In this document: piece after piece, positions 7,292-16,664 of the stretch
Position numbering within the stretch: the stretch's first letter is position 1
Layout of the letters: the number at the start of each line of letters is the position of its first letter
NCBI GenBank assembly: GCA_046052275.1
Contig: JBJOMQ010000005.1
Span: forward strand, 1 to 55,761
DNA length: 55,761 bases
Origin: Actinomycetota bacterium
GTDB taxonomy: Bacteria > Actinomycetota > Acidimicrobiia > Acidimicrobiales > Ilumatobacteraceae
Reading direction: 5' to 3'
Program-made: the position numbers and the translations under genes
Notes under the pieces: generated by a model
The model's input: only the letters and a program-made list of their open reading frames with translations
What the model was told of the DNA's origin: nothing
Database searches by the model: none

Positions 7292-9130
7292 CTACGAGAC
7301 GATGCTGATCTCGCTGATCGCCCCGCGGTAGGGGTTCTCGGTGCAGGCGCCATCGGGACCGAGTTCGTAGAAGGCGATCAGCACCCACCGACCCGTCACG
7401 GTGGCCTCGACCTTCACCGGTTCGCTGTCGGCGAACTGGGCGATCTCGCTGCCCCAGTCGGCGAATGAAGGGGGCAGCGACTCGGCTGACGACGAGAAGA
7501 TCCGCACCTGCGAGGGAGCGCTGGCGATGCCGACCCGAATCGTTGCGGTCTGGACCGTGCCGAGGTCGGCGACCAGTCCGACGCGGCCCTTCGAGCCCAT
7601 GTACCGGTCGACATAGCAGAGAGTGCCCCATGCGGTGGCAGGGTCGCCGTCGATGGCGAGCGCAGTGAACGATGGCTGCTCGTCGCCGTCGCCATCGGGG
7701 TCGTACGACGTGAGTGCCACGATCGCCGGCAGCGAAGGCGTGCCACCACCGATCGGTGCAGCGGAATCGGCGGGACCTGCCGTGCCGCCAGGTTGTGCCG
7801 CCGCGGGCAGCGACTCGGACGACGAATCAGCAGCACCGTCGGTCGGCTGGCCATCGGTGGAGGGAACGACCGAACTCGACTGGCGCAGGCTCGCCCAGAC
7901 AGCGCCACCAGCGATGACGGCCAGCAGGAGCAGTACGGCAACCACCAACCCGGTGGTGCCGGTGCGCTGCTCGTAGTGCCGATTGGGGCGCTGGTCGGGC
8001 CGGCGCGGATTCTGAGGCGTGCGGTCGGCGATCTTCGGCGGACCAGCAGGACGACCCGACCGGTGCACGGGGTCGCGGGTAGGCGAGTCCTGTGGAGCCG
8101 TGATCGCCTCGGCTGGTCCCGGTCGTGGCGTGGTCGGCCGTCTCGAGTCGGCTCGTCCCGACTGCGGGCGGGCGGTGTCGGTACGAAGCGAGGGGCTGGG
8201 GGCCGCCGTGGCCCGGCGGTCGGCGGTCGTCGTCGACGAGCGCCGCTGCGTATCGGCGGGCGGCATGGCCTCGAGCCGGGCGATCTCGGCGCGCAGCTCG
8301 GCGCCGCTCGCGAAGCGGTCACTGGGCTCGCGGGCGAGGAGACGGTGGATGAGCGGCGCCAGACCCAGCGGCAGCGTCGGGCGCAGGCGCATCAGATCGG
8401 TGGGATCTCGGTTCAGGCGGGCGAGTGCCGTATCGGCATCGGTCTCGCCGAGGAACGGCACGCGGCCAGCGAGGCACTCGTAGAGCACCAGTCCGAGCGA
8501 ATAGAGATCGGCACGCCCGTCGAGTCGGTTGCCTCGGACCTGCTCGGGCGACAGGTACTTCGCCGTGCCCATCATGATGTTCGGACTCGTGAGGTCGTCA
8601 CCGTCGTCGATGCCCTTGGCGATCCCGAAGTCGGTGAGCAGCACGCTTCCCTGCGGAGTGATCAGGATGTTGCCCGGCTTCACGTCGCGGTGCACCAGGT
8701 TGGCGCGGTGGGCGCACTCGAGCGCAGCAGCGATGCACTTGCCGATGTGCATCGTGAAGGCGGGACTCAGCCGCCGCTTCTCGTCGAGCACCTGTCGCAG
8801 GCTCTTGCCGCTGACGAGTTGCATGACCACGGCCTGGCGACGTGAACCCTTCGAGGTGTCCTCGATGGCGTCAAAGACAGCGACGATGTTGGGGTGGCTG
8901 AGCTGCGCAACGGCGATCGCCTCGCGACGGAAGCGCTCGGCCACGATCGGATCAGCGGCGAGCGTGGGCTTCAGCAGCTTGACGGCCACCTGGCGGGTGA
9001 GGGCCAGATCGGTGCCCACCCACACCTCGGCCATGCCACCCTGCGCGAGCCGCCGGTCGAGGCGGTAGCGATCGGCGAGGATCGTCGGCGACGCGCCGCC
9101 GTGAAGGGGGAGGATGGCAGACATGTCCAA
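7292..9130 (-). CDS. Ser/Thr protein kinase with one TM helix and a C-terminal extracellular discoidin/F5-8-type-C-like domain
   Basis: Gly loop GGMAEVW, VAVKLLK lysine, HRDVKPGNILI catalytic loop, DFGIAKG and SPEQ. A Pro/Arg-rich linker precedes the TM segment LVVAVLLLLAVIAGGAVWA. The ectodomain contains DGDPATAWGT. Confidence 0.9.
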   Translation of the reverse strand: MDMSAILPLHGGASPTILADRYRLDRRLAQGGMAEVWVGTDLALTRQVAVKLLKPTLAADPIVAERFRREAIAVAQLSHPNIVAVFDAIEDTSKGSRRQAVVMQLVSGKSLRQVLDEKRRLSPAFTMHIGKCIAAALECAHRANLVHRDVKPGNILITPQGSVLLTDFGIAKGIDDGDDLTSPNIMMGTAKYLSPEQVRGNRLDGRADLYSLGLVLYECLAGRVPFLGETDADTALARLNRDPTDLMRLRPTLPLGLAPLIHRLLAREPSDRFASGAELRAEIARLEAMPPADTQRRSSTTTADRRATAAPSPSLRTDTARPQSGRADSRRPTTPRPGPAEAITAPQDSPTRDPVHRSGRPAGPPKIADRTPQNPRRPDQRPNRHYEQRTGTTGLVVAVLLLLAVIAGGAVWASLRQSSSVVPSTDGQPTDGAADSSSESLPAAAQPGGTAGPADSAAPIGGGTPSLPAIVALTSYDPDGDGDEQPSFTALAIDGDPATAWGTLCYVDRYMGSKGRVGLVADLGTVQTATIRVGIASAPSQVRIFSSSAESLPPSFADWGSEIAQFADSEPVKVEATVTGRWVLIAFYELGPDGACTENPYRGAISEISIVS

Positions 9131-9188
9131 CCTCCGACACTAGTGGTGGGTCTCCTCCGAGGGCCGACAATGCGGCACCCGACGACGT

Positions 9189-10064
9189 TCAGCGCGGCGC
9201 AGTGATGAAGGCGATGCCGATGGTGCCGGGACCGGCGTGCGAGCCGACCACCGGCCCGATGTCGCCGACCACGATGTCGCCGCTGAAGTGCGGACGCAGC
9301 ATCGCAACGAAGGCGTCGACATCGGGGCATGCGGCATGGAGCACGGCGAGCTGCTCGATCGTGCCGGCATCGCGCAGCTTGTCGACGAGGAAGGCCAATG
9401 CCTTCGAGCGCGTCCGCTGCTTGCCGCCTTCCTCGACCTTGCCGTCGCGTACTTCGATGATCGGCTTGATGGCGAGCGCCGACGCCAGCATTGCCTTGGC
9501 ACCACCGATCCTGCCGCCCTTCTTCAGGTTCTCGAGCGTGTCGAGCGCTCCCCACACCTTGGTGCGAGTCGACAGGTCGCGAGCGAGCGACACGACCTGC
9601 TCGTGGGTACCCCCGCGTCGGGCAAGGCGGGCTGCCTCTGTGACGATGACGCCGAGGCCGAGCGTCACCTGCTGGCTGTCGACAACATCGACACTGATCT
9701 CGCCGGCCACGGCACGTGCGGCGAGCTCGGCCGACTGCATCGTCGCCGACAGCGCTGCGCTCAGCGAGATCACGACGATGCTCGAGGCGCCCTCGGCGCG
9801 AAGTCGGCGATACGCCTCCTCGAACTGCCCCGGTGCTGGAGCCGCAGTAGAGGGAAGATCGGCTGCTGCGGCGCACTTCGCCCAGAACTCTGCCGGACTG
9901 AGCTCGGCGCGATCGACGTACTCGGTGTCATCGATTCGGATGGTGAGCGGCACGATGACGATGCCGAGCTCGTCGGCGACGGCCTGCGGTAGGTCGCATG
10001 ACGAGTCGGTGACGATGCGGACGGCGGATTGCGCTGGCGATGCTGACGGAGAATCGGCGGTCAC
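9189..10064 (-). CDS. DegV-family fatty-acid-binding protein
   Basis: DegV signature start RIVTDSSCDLP. GTG 10064 lies just downstream of the stop of the preceding gene at 10087. The longer ORF reaching 10238 overlaps that gene and is low complexity. Confidence 0.85.
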   Translation of the reverse strand: MTADSPSASPAQSAVRIVTDSSCDLPQAVADELGIVIVPLTIRIDDTEYVDRAELSPAEFWAKCAAAADLPSTAAPAPGQFEEAYRRLRAEGASSIVVISLSAALSATMQSAELAARAVAGEISVDVVDSQQVTLGLGVIVTEAARLARRGGTHEQVVSLARDLSTRTKVWGALDTLENLKKGGRIGGAKAMLASALAIKPIIEVRDGKVEEGGKQRTRSKALAFLVDKLRDAGTIEQLAVLHAACPDVDAFVAMLRPHFSGDIVVGDIGPVVGSHAGPGTIGIAFITAPR

Positions 10065-10086
10065 AGCGGAAAGGGTAGTGGGCGCG

Positions 10087-12240
10087 TCAGCGCTGGTCGC
10101 TGCCGTCGGCCTCGACAACGGGCGATGCCTCGGCGGCGGCCTCCGTGCCGGCCGACGACGAGACGGCATCGACAGCGGCGACTGCGCGGGCGCTGGGGTG
10201 CGCCAGGGCAAAGCGCCGCCGTCGCAACTGTTGAACATGGCGTCCCCACCAGCTGAGGACGATCAGTAGCAGCGCACCGGTGACGAGCGGTCCCAGGCCG
10301 CGTAGCGCGTTCACGCCGGCCGACAGTGTCACCGGATCGCCCAGCGGCACTCCACCCGTGGGTGTGACCACTTCGAGGGTGACGGGAAACCGGCCGTTGG
10401 TACGCGCCTCGACTGGCACGAGGATCTCGGTGTACTGACCCGGCGCGAGCTCGACCTCGGATGGCGCAGCAGGAAAGAGCAGCTTCGTCGACGAGAGCCG
10501 TACCACCACGCGCAGCGGCGCCGAGGCCCTGTTGTAGAGCTTGACGGGGATCTCGGTGCTGCGGCCGGTGAGAGTGAACGCGAATCCGTCTGGCAGTACG
10601 ACGCTCGACCTGATGTCGGCGAGTTCGGCGGAGATGCTGCCGACAATGGCTGTGACGCCGTCATCGGAGATCGCAGGCGTCGGCAGCAAGTCGATGCGCC
10701 GCTGCCACTCGGCGAGTCGCGGGTCGTCGTCGGCCAGCATGCTTCCGGTGGTCGCGGTGTCGAGCGCGATCGCTGCTGCCTGCGAGAGCCGTGAGGAGAG
10801 TGCAGCACTGCTGTTGGCGTTGTCGACCGAGGTAGATGTGTCGACGAGCGGGATCACCACCTCGGTGCCATCGATGAGCAGGCGGTCGATGGTGGTCGCC
10901 AATTCGTCGACCGTCACCATGGTGACGGCTGGTGTCTGCTCGAGCAGCGCGCTGAGCGGCTCGAGCAGTGCCGCGGGGATGATGCCCACATCCGGTGCAG
11001 CGAGCAGCAGTCCGTGCCGTGAGGGCGCACCACCGTTCAGGGCGATCTCTTCGCGCGCCGCGACGATGTCGGCAACGATCTCGATTGCCGCCAGCAGCGG
11101 CTGGGTGGTGGTGGCGGCAAGCCTGCTCGACAGTGAGCGGTCGACTACCAGCGCGTCGATCGTGGTGTCGTCGTCGACGCCGAGCTGCACGAGCTGGGTC
11201 GAGTCGGTGTAGAGCGAGAGCGACCCGGGCAGCTCGTCGTAGAGGTCGACGGGTAGGACCACGGTCCGCGCTCCGAGGTCGCGCAGCAGTGCTCCGCCGC
11301 CGGCAGTGAGCGCCTCGTTGGCGAGCAGGACGTTCCTGCTCGGCGGCTCGCCAGCGACTTCGCCGAGTGCGTCCTCGCCGTCGCGAAGCCATCGGCCGTA
11401 CAGCGATGCGATTCCGGCGGTGGCGGCGCTCGACGGCGACAGCGGCCAGAGGGTTGCCGGAAGGAGGCGGTGCGTGGGAACCACGGCAGCGAGTCGCTCA
11501 GCGAGGTCGGCCGTGCCGCTCGTGCTGTCGGGTAGTGCTGCTGCAACGGCGGGGGAGATGCTGATCGCAACCGGCACCCTGCTGGCCTCGAGCGAGTCGA
11601 CGAGCCGCGACATCTCGTCGATGGTGCCCTCGTCGATGACGGCTGCGTCGAGGGCATTCGGCTCGATGCGCACGGGCCGCTGCGCCGACATGATGAATGA
11701 CAGGTTGATGGGTTGCTCGTCTTCCTCGTCGGCGTCGGGGAGGCGGTGCACGAACGAGATGAGCTCGGCCGTGACATCGCCTCGCCGGGTGACCTCGATG
11801 ACCAGTGGGTAGAGACCCGGTCGGGCTAGCTGCAGTGCTGCTCCCGTTCTGGTGGAACGCTCGACGGGTACGAACGCGCGTAGCGCCCCGTTGGGCAGGC
11901 GGGGCAGTTCGGCGAGGTTGAGGTCGACGGAGTCGGCGGTGCGCGTGAGCACGCCGTCGACCGCCTCGGTCACCTGCGAGCGCCGCTCGATCGGCCGGTG
12001 GGCAGTGACGACCAACTGGGCGCCCGAGTCGACTGTCTCGGCGGGAAGCCTCAGGTCGATGGTGATGATGCCGTTCGCAGCGACATCGAAGGTCTGCGCG
12101 ACCAGTTCGATCTGTCCGCGGCTGGCAACGTCGGTCAGCGCACCGGCAGCGGTCTGCGGAACTGCCACCACGGCCACGAGCAGACACGTGGCTGCAGCGA
12201 CGGTGGTCGAGTGCAGGGCATGGCGCAACGCGCGACTCAT
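10087..12240 (-). CDS. Large secreted/membrane-anchored conserved actinobacterial protein (Rv3909-like, DUF6049-like)
   Basis: N-terminal signal peptide (AAATCLLVAVVAVPQTAAG) and C-terminal TM segment (LVTGALLLIVLSWW). The syntenic position next to the sigma/kinase block matches Rv3909. ATGA overlap with the upstream GNAT gene. Confidence 0.7.
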   Translation of the reverse strand: MSRALRHALHSTTVAAATCLLVAVVAVPQTAAGALTDVASRGQIELVAQTFDVAANGIITIDLRLPAETVDSGAQLVVTAHRPIERRSQVTEAVDGVLTRTADSVDLNLAELPRLPNGALRAFVPVERSTRTGAALQLARPGLYPLVIEVTRRGDVTAELISFVHRLPDADEEDEQPINLSFIMSAQRPVRIEPNALDAAVIDEGTIDEMSRLVDSLEASRVPVAISISPAVAAALPDSTSGTADLAERLAAVVPTHRLLPATLWPLSPSSAATAGIASLYGRWLRDGEDALGEVAGEPPSRNVLLANEALTAGGGALLRDLGARTVVLPVDLYDELPGSLSLYTDSTQLVQLGVDDDTTIDALVVDRSLSSRLAATTTQPLLAAIEIVADIVAAREEIALNGGAPSRHGLLLAAPDVGIIPAALLEPLSALLEQTPAVTMVTVDELATTIDRLLIDGTEVVIPLVDTSTSVDNANSSAALSSRLSQAAAIALDTATTGSMLADDDPRLAEWQRRIDLLPTPAISDDGVTAIVGSISAELADIRSSVVLPDGFAFTLTGRSTEIPVKLYNRASAPLRVVVRLSSTKLLFPAAPSEVELAPGQYTEILVPVEARTNGRFPVTLEVVTPTGGVPLGDPVTLSAGVNALRGLGPLVTGALLLIVLSWWGRHVQQLRRRRFALAHPSARAVAAVDAVSSSAGTEAAAEASPVVEADGSDQR

Positions 12241-12977
12241 GCCAGCGCCCGCTCGAACACCCTGAGCCGCTCGTCGAGTGCGGAGAAGCCGACGTCGTCG
12301 TAGAGCGCGAGCGCAGCGTGGTTGTCGACAGCGGTGTTGACGAGCACGCGGCGGACCCGCCAGAACGCAAGCCAGCGCAGTGAGTCGAGCACGAGCGCGC
12401 GTCCGATGCCGGTTCGCTGGGCCTCGGGAGCCACCGCCAGGCGCTGGAGAAAGCCCTGGTGGGCATCTCGGCCGCTCACGGCGTAACCGCCCATCGATCC
12501 GTCAGGGGCACTGACGGTGCGGGCGCGATGCCGGGGCGTGGCACGCCGAGCGTCGTCGATGGCCGCCGCGTCGAGGCCCCATTCGTCACCGAACGCACGG
12601 CGGTCGATGGAACTCGCTGTCGCATGCGCACCGGTGTGCAGGCGTCGCGTGATGCGGCTCGGAATCGGGGCGTCGGAGGGACGAAGGTGCTCGAGGAGGA
12701 CGAGTTCCTGCACCTGCTCGAATCCAGCGCTCGTCGCGAGGCGTCGCATTGTCTCGCCGAGGGCGTTGGTCCGTACTCGCAGGTAGCCGAGATCGGCGAT
12801 CTCACCCGACCAGCGCACGAGGTCGTCGACGGTCGGCGGACGCTGTTGCTCGACCATGACGAGGTGGGCGACGTCGTGGTGGAACGACCACGGGCGAACC
12901 CGGGCGGTGCAGCCATTGCCACGGAGCGAACGCGAGGCACGCTGCGGCGCCACCTTCGACTCAGCCCCGTTCGCCAT
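12237..12977 (-). CDS. GNAT-family N-acetyltransferase (start uncertain)
   Basis: Acetyl-CoA binding motif in LQRLAVAPEAQRTGIGRALV, then NTAVDNHAALALYDDVGF. The maximal ORF reaches 13061 but would overlap the divergent deacetylase start. ATG 12977 is chosen; ATG 12857 is also possible. Confidence 0.7.
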   Translation of the reverse strand: MANGAESKVAPQRASRSLRGNGCTARVRPWSFHHDVAHLVMVEQQRPPTVDDLVRWSGEIADLGYLRVRTNALGETMRRLATSAGFEQVQELVLLEHLRPSDAPIPSRITRRLHTGAHATASSIDRRAFGDEWGLDAAAIDDARRATPRHRARTVSAPDGSMGGYAVSGRDAHQGFLQRLAVAPEAQRTGIGRALVLDSLRWLAFWRVRRVLVNTAVDNHAALALYDDVGFSALDERLRVFERALA

Positions 12978-13001
12978 CTGCCGAACGGTAGCGTCGGCCC
13001 C

Positions 13002-14018
13002 GTGACGGTGCTGTTCGCCACTCACGAGAGCTATCTCGATCATCTGGCCGGACCACGGCATCCCGAGCGCCCCGAACGGCTCGGCGCGGTCATCGACGGC
13101 ATTCGTGGTGCCGGCCTCGGCGAGGCGCTGGTGCCGATCGAGCCCTCAGCAGCCGAGCGCGTCGACATCGAGCGGGTCCACCCGGCGGCCTACCTCGATC
13201 GTGTAGAGCAAATCTGTGCTGCGGGCGGCGGTCGCCTCGATCCCGATACCTACGCCAGCCCCGGATCGTGGCGGGCGGCCACCTTTGCCGCCGGTGCTGG
13301 CCTCACCGCGATCGCCGAGCTCCGTGCCGGACGCGGCGATGCAGCATTCTGCGCAGTTCGGCCGCCCGGCCACCATGCCACCCCCGCCGAGTCGATGGGA
13401 TTCTGCTTCGTCAACAACGTGGCGGTCGCGGCGGCAGCGCTCGCTGACGCCGGTGAGCGCGTCCTCGTGTTCGATTTCGATGCTCACCACGGCAACGGCA
13501 CGCAGGACACGTTCTATGCCGATCCGCGTGTGCTCTTCGTCAGCATGCACCAGTGGCCGCTCTACCCGGGAACCGGATGGCTCACCGAGACGGGCGAGGG
13601 AATGGCGCGTGGCTGCACGCTCAATGTCCCGCTCCCACCGGGTGCCACGGGCGACGTCTACCTGCATGCGTTCGATGAGCTGATCGCGCCGGTGGTCGAT
13701 CGTTTCGGCCCCACATGGGTGATCGTCTCGGCCGGGTTCGACGCCCATCGAGACGACCCGATCACGTCGCTGGGACTGTCGGCCGGCGACTACGGGCCGC
13801 TGTCGCGGCGGGTGCTGGCCTGCGCGCCGCGAGGCCGGCGCCTGGTGATGCTCGAGGGCGGCTACGACCTTGATGCTCTCGGGCGGGGTGCGGCCACGGT
13901 GGTGCGCGAGATGGCGGGGGTCGAGGGCGAACCGTACGAGCAGGCAACGGCGGGCGGGCCGGGGCGTGGTGCCGTGACGCGGGTTCGCGAGCACTGGGAC
14001 CACGAAGGACTCCTGTGA
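13002..14018 (+). CDS. Histone deacetylase-family (AcuC/acetoin utilisation-like) deacetylase
   Basis: HDAC motifs RPPGHHA, FDFDAHHGNGTQ and SAGFDAH. The 5' part of the 12459 ORF is antisense to the GNAT gene and non-homologous. GTG 13002 gives MTVLFATHESYLDH. Confidence 0.85.
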   Translation: MTVLFATHESYLDHLAGPRHPERPERLGAVIDGIRGAGLGEALVPIEPSAAERVDIERVHPAAYLDRVEQICAAGGGRLDPDTYASPGSWRAATFAAGAGLTAIAELRAGRGDAAFCAVRPPGHHATPAESMGFCFVNNVAVAAAALADAGERVLVFDFDAHHGNGTQDTFYADPRVLFVSMHQWPLYPGTGWLTETGEGMARGCTLNVPLPPGATGDVYLHAFDELIAPVVDRFGPTWVIVSAGFDAHRDDPITSLGLSAGDYGPLSRRVLACAPRGRRLVMLEGGYDLDALGRGAATVVREMAGVEGEPYEQATAGGPGRGAVTRVREHWDHEGLL

Positions 14019-15460
14019 CGCCGCCGCGCTTTCGTGCGGTGCTCGACGAGGTTGCACCGCTCGCCGATCGATTCCGCGATGCTGGCCGGCGCCTGTACCT
14101 CGTGGGTGGCACCGTGCGCGACCTGCTGTCGGGCGATCTCGACCCATCGCACTCGCTCAGGCTCGACTTTGACTTCACCACCGATGCGCTGCCGGGCGAG
14201 ACGAAGCAGTTGCTGAAGGGATGGGCGTCGGCGGTGTGGGACCAGGGTGAGCGGTTCGGCACGATCGGCGCCAAGACCGTTGTCGACGGGGTTGAGCGCA
14301 TCTACGAGATCACCACCCATCGAGCCGAGGCCTATCAACCCGACTCTCGCAAGCCAGACGTGCAGTTCAGCGATCGCATCGAAGCCGATCTGTCGCGACG
14401 CGACTTCACGATCAATGCAATGGCGCTCGACGTCACCTCCGATTCGCCGACACTCGTCGATCCGTTCGGTGGTGCGGGAGACCTTGCACAGCGAGTGCTG
14501 CGAACGCCGATCGGCCCCGCTGAGAGTTTCTCGGACGACCCACTGCGAATGCTGCGCGCCGCCCGGTTCATCGCCCGTCTCGGCGCAGCACCCGAACCGG
14601 GACTCGTCGAGGCCGTACGAGAGATGGCTGCCCGACTCGAGATCGTGTCGGCCGAGCGGATCCGCGACGAACTCGACAAGCTCATCACCGTGCCGCACCC
14701 GTCGGCCGGACTGTGGTTCGTGATCGACACAGGGCTCGCCGACCACTTCCTGCCCGAGCTTCCGGCAATGCGCCTCGAACAGGACCCGATCCACACGCAC
14801 AAGGACGTGCTGACGCACACGCTCGCAGTCGTCGAGAACGTCAGGCCATGGGCAGGCGATGGGCCATCGCCGTACGACTTCCGCCGCACTCGACTGGCCG
14901 CCCTGTTCCACGACATCGGCAAGCCACGCACCCGCGGCTACCAGAAGGGCAGGGGCGTCACCTTCCACCACCATGATGCGGTCGGTGCGCGCATGACACG
15001 CAAGCGCCTGGAGGCGCTCCGTTACAGCGCTGACGACGTCCAGGCCATCACCGAACTCGTCGCGCTGCATCTGCGCATGCACACCTACACACTCGGGTGG
15101 ACCGACTCGGCGGTCAGGCGGTACGTGCGCGACGCAGGTCCGTTGCTGCGCGAGCTGAATCTCCTCACGCGATGCGACTGCACGACCCGCAATCCGAAGA
15201 AGGCCCAGATGCTCGCCCGCAGGATGGACGAGCTCGAGACCAGGATCGCCGAGCTGGCAGAGCGCGAGGAGCTCGCCGCCCTGCGCCCGGAGCTCGATGG
15301 TGTCCGCGTGATGGCCGAGCTCGGCCTGCAGCCGGGGCCAGCGGTGGGCAAGGCACTCGCCTTCTTGATGGAGATCCGTCTCGAGGAGGGGCTGCTTGGC
15401 GAGGAGGCAGCGCTCGCCCGGCTCCGCGAATGGTGGGCGGCACAGCCGGCGTCTCGGTGA
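14015..15460 (+). CDS. cca: CCA-adding enzyme / poly(A) polymerase family tRNA nucleotidyltransferase with HD domain
   Basis: LYLVGGTVRDLL, RRDFTINAMA and HD region LFHDIGKP. GTGA overlap with the upstream deacetylase gene. Confidence 0.9.
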   Translation: MTPPRFRAVLDEVAPLADRFRDAGRRLYLVGGTVRDLLSGDLDPSHSLRLDFDFTTDALPGETKQLLKGWASAVWDQGERFGTIGAKTVVDGVERIYEITTHRAEAYQPDSRKPDVQFSDRIEADLSRRDFTINAMALDVTSDSPTLVDPFGGAGDLAQRVLRTPIGPAESFSDDPLRMLRAARFIARLGAAPEPGLVEAVREMAARLEIVSAERIRDELDKLITVPHPSAGLWFVIDTGLADHFLPELPAMRLEQDPIHTHKDVLTHTLAVVENVRPWAGDGPSPYDFRRTRLAALFHDIGKPRTRGYQKGRGVTFHHHDAVGARMTRKRLEALRYSADDVQAITELVALHLRMHTYTLGWTDSAVRRYVRDAGPLLRELNLLTRCDCTTRNPKKAQMLARRMDELETRIAELAEREELAALRPELDGVRVMAELGLQPGPAVGKALAFLMEIRLEEGLLGEEAALARLREWWAAQPASR

Positions 15461-15503
15461 CGCATCAGCGCCGGAGCGGAGCGTCTCGACCCGGTTCGAG
15501 AAC

Positions 15504-16652
15504 TCAGCGCGACATACCGTCGACGGCCATCAGGCCGTCGTAGACGTCGACGAACCGCGTGGTGAGCGGCGAGCATCCGGCGCGGATGAGGTTGGGTTCG
15601 CGGAAGTCGAAGATGATGTCGCGGGCAGCCAGGTCGGCCACGATCTGCCGTGCGTTCGGATGTGCCAGCGCGACATGGTTGCCGCGTCGTGAGTCGTCGC
15701 GCGGTGTCGGACTCTCGAGTCCCAGTTGGTCGCAGAGCTCGAGGGCGAAGGCGGTGAGTGCCGTTCCCTTGGCGTGGATGGCGGGCATGCCGGCCTCTGC
15801 CGACAGTGCGACACCCACCTCGGTGGCGGCGAGGGCCAGGATGCTCGGCGTCCCGAGCAGCAGCCGCCCGATGTCGGGGCGAGGCTCGAAGGCAGGCCCC
15901 ATGGCGAACTGATTCCTCGTCGCGAACCATCCCCAGATGGGCTGCTCGATGTGCTCGTGGAGCTCGCTCGTCACGTACGAGAACGCGGGCGACCCGGGCC
16001 CGCCATTGAGGAACTTGTACGTGCAGCCGACCGCCAGCTCTGCACCGCAGCCCTGCAGGTCGATCTCGATGGCGCCTGCGGCGTGCGACAGATCCCACAG
16101 CACCATGGCACCGGCATCGCGGGCACGGGCTGTCTCGGCGGCGACGTCGACCACGGCCGCAGTGCGGTAGTCGATCACCGAGCGGACGACGACTGCCACG
16201 TCTCGCAGATCGTCGAGGTCGTGCCTCACCGTGCGACCAGTCGCTGCGGCGATGCCGTCGACGACGTAGCGGTCGGTGGGGAAATCGTGTTCGGAGATCG
16301 AGATCACCCGACGGTGCGGCCGCAGCGCCAGTGCAGCGTGCACCAGCTGGTAGAGGTTCATCGTCGTCGTGTCGTGCACGACGACCTCGCCGGGCCGGGC
16401 GCCGATGAGCGGCGCAAGGGCATCGCCCACGCGTTGGGGCATGTCGATCCAGTGTTCCCAGCTTCGGATGAGGCCGGTGGCCCAGTCACCGTCGTAGACC
16501 TCGAGGAGCCGGTCGCGTGTGCGTCGAGGGGGCATGCCGAGCGAATTGCCATCGAGGTACACGACCGTGGGCGACGGGATGTGGAAGCGATCGCGGAAGT
16601 CGGCGAGAGGATCGCGAGCATCGCGGGCGAGTGCATCGTCTCGGGTGATCAC
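15504..16652 (-). CDS. kynU: Kynureninase (PLP-dependent)
   Basis: YLDGNSLGMPP plus the PLP-lysine region GCTYKFLNGGPGSPAF, typical of kynureninase. Confidence 0.8.
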   Translation of the reverse strand: MITRDDALARDARDPLADFRDRFHIPSPTVVYLDGNSLGMPPRRTRDRLLEVYDGDWATGLIRSWEHWIDMPQRVGDALAPLIGARPGEVVVHDTTTMNLYQLVHAALALRPHRRVISISEHDFPTDRYVVDGIAAATGRTVRHDLDDLRDVAVVVRSVIDYRTAAVVDVAAETARARDAGAMVLWDLSHAAGAIEIDLQGCGAELAVGCTYKFLNGGPGSPAFSYVTSELHEHIEQPIWGWFATRNQFAMGPAFEPRPDIGRLLLGTPSILALAATEVGVALSAEAGMPAIHAKGTALTAFALELCDQLGLESPTPRDDSRRGNHVALAHPNARQIVADLAARDIIFDFREPNLIRAGCSPLTTRFVDVYDGLMAVDGMSR

Positions 16653-16664
16653 CGCAGCAGTCTG

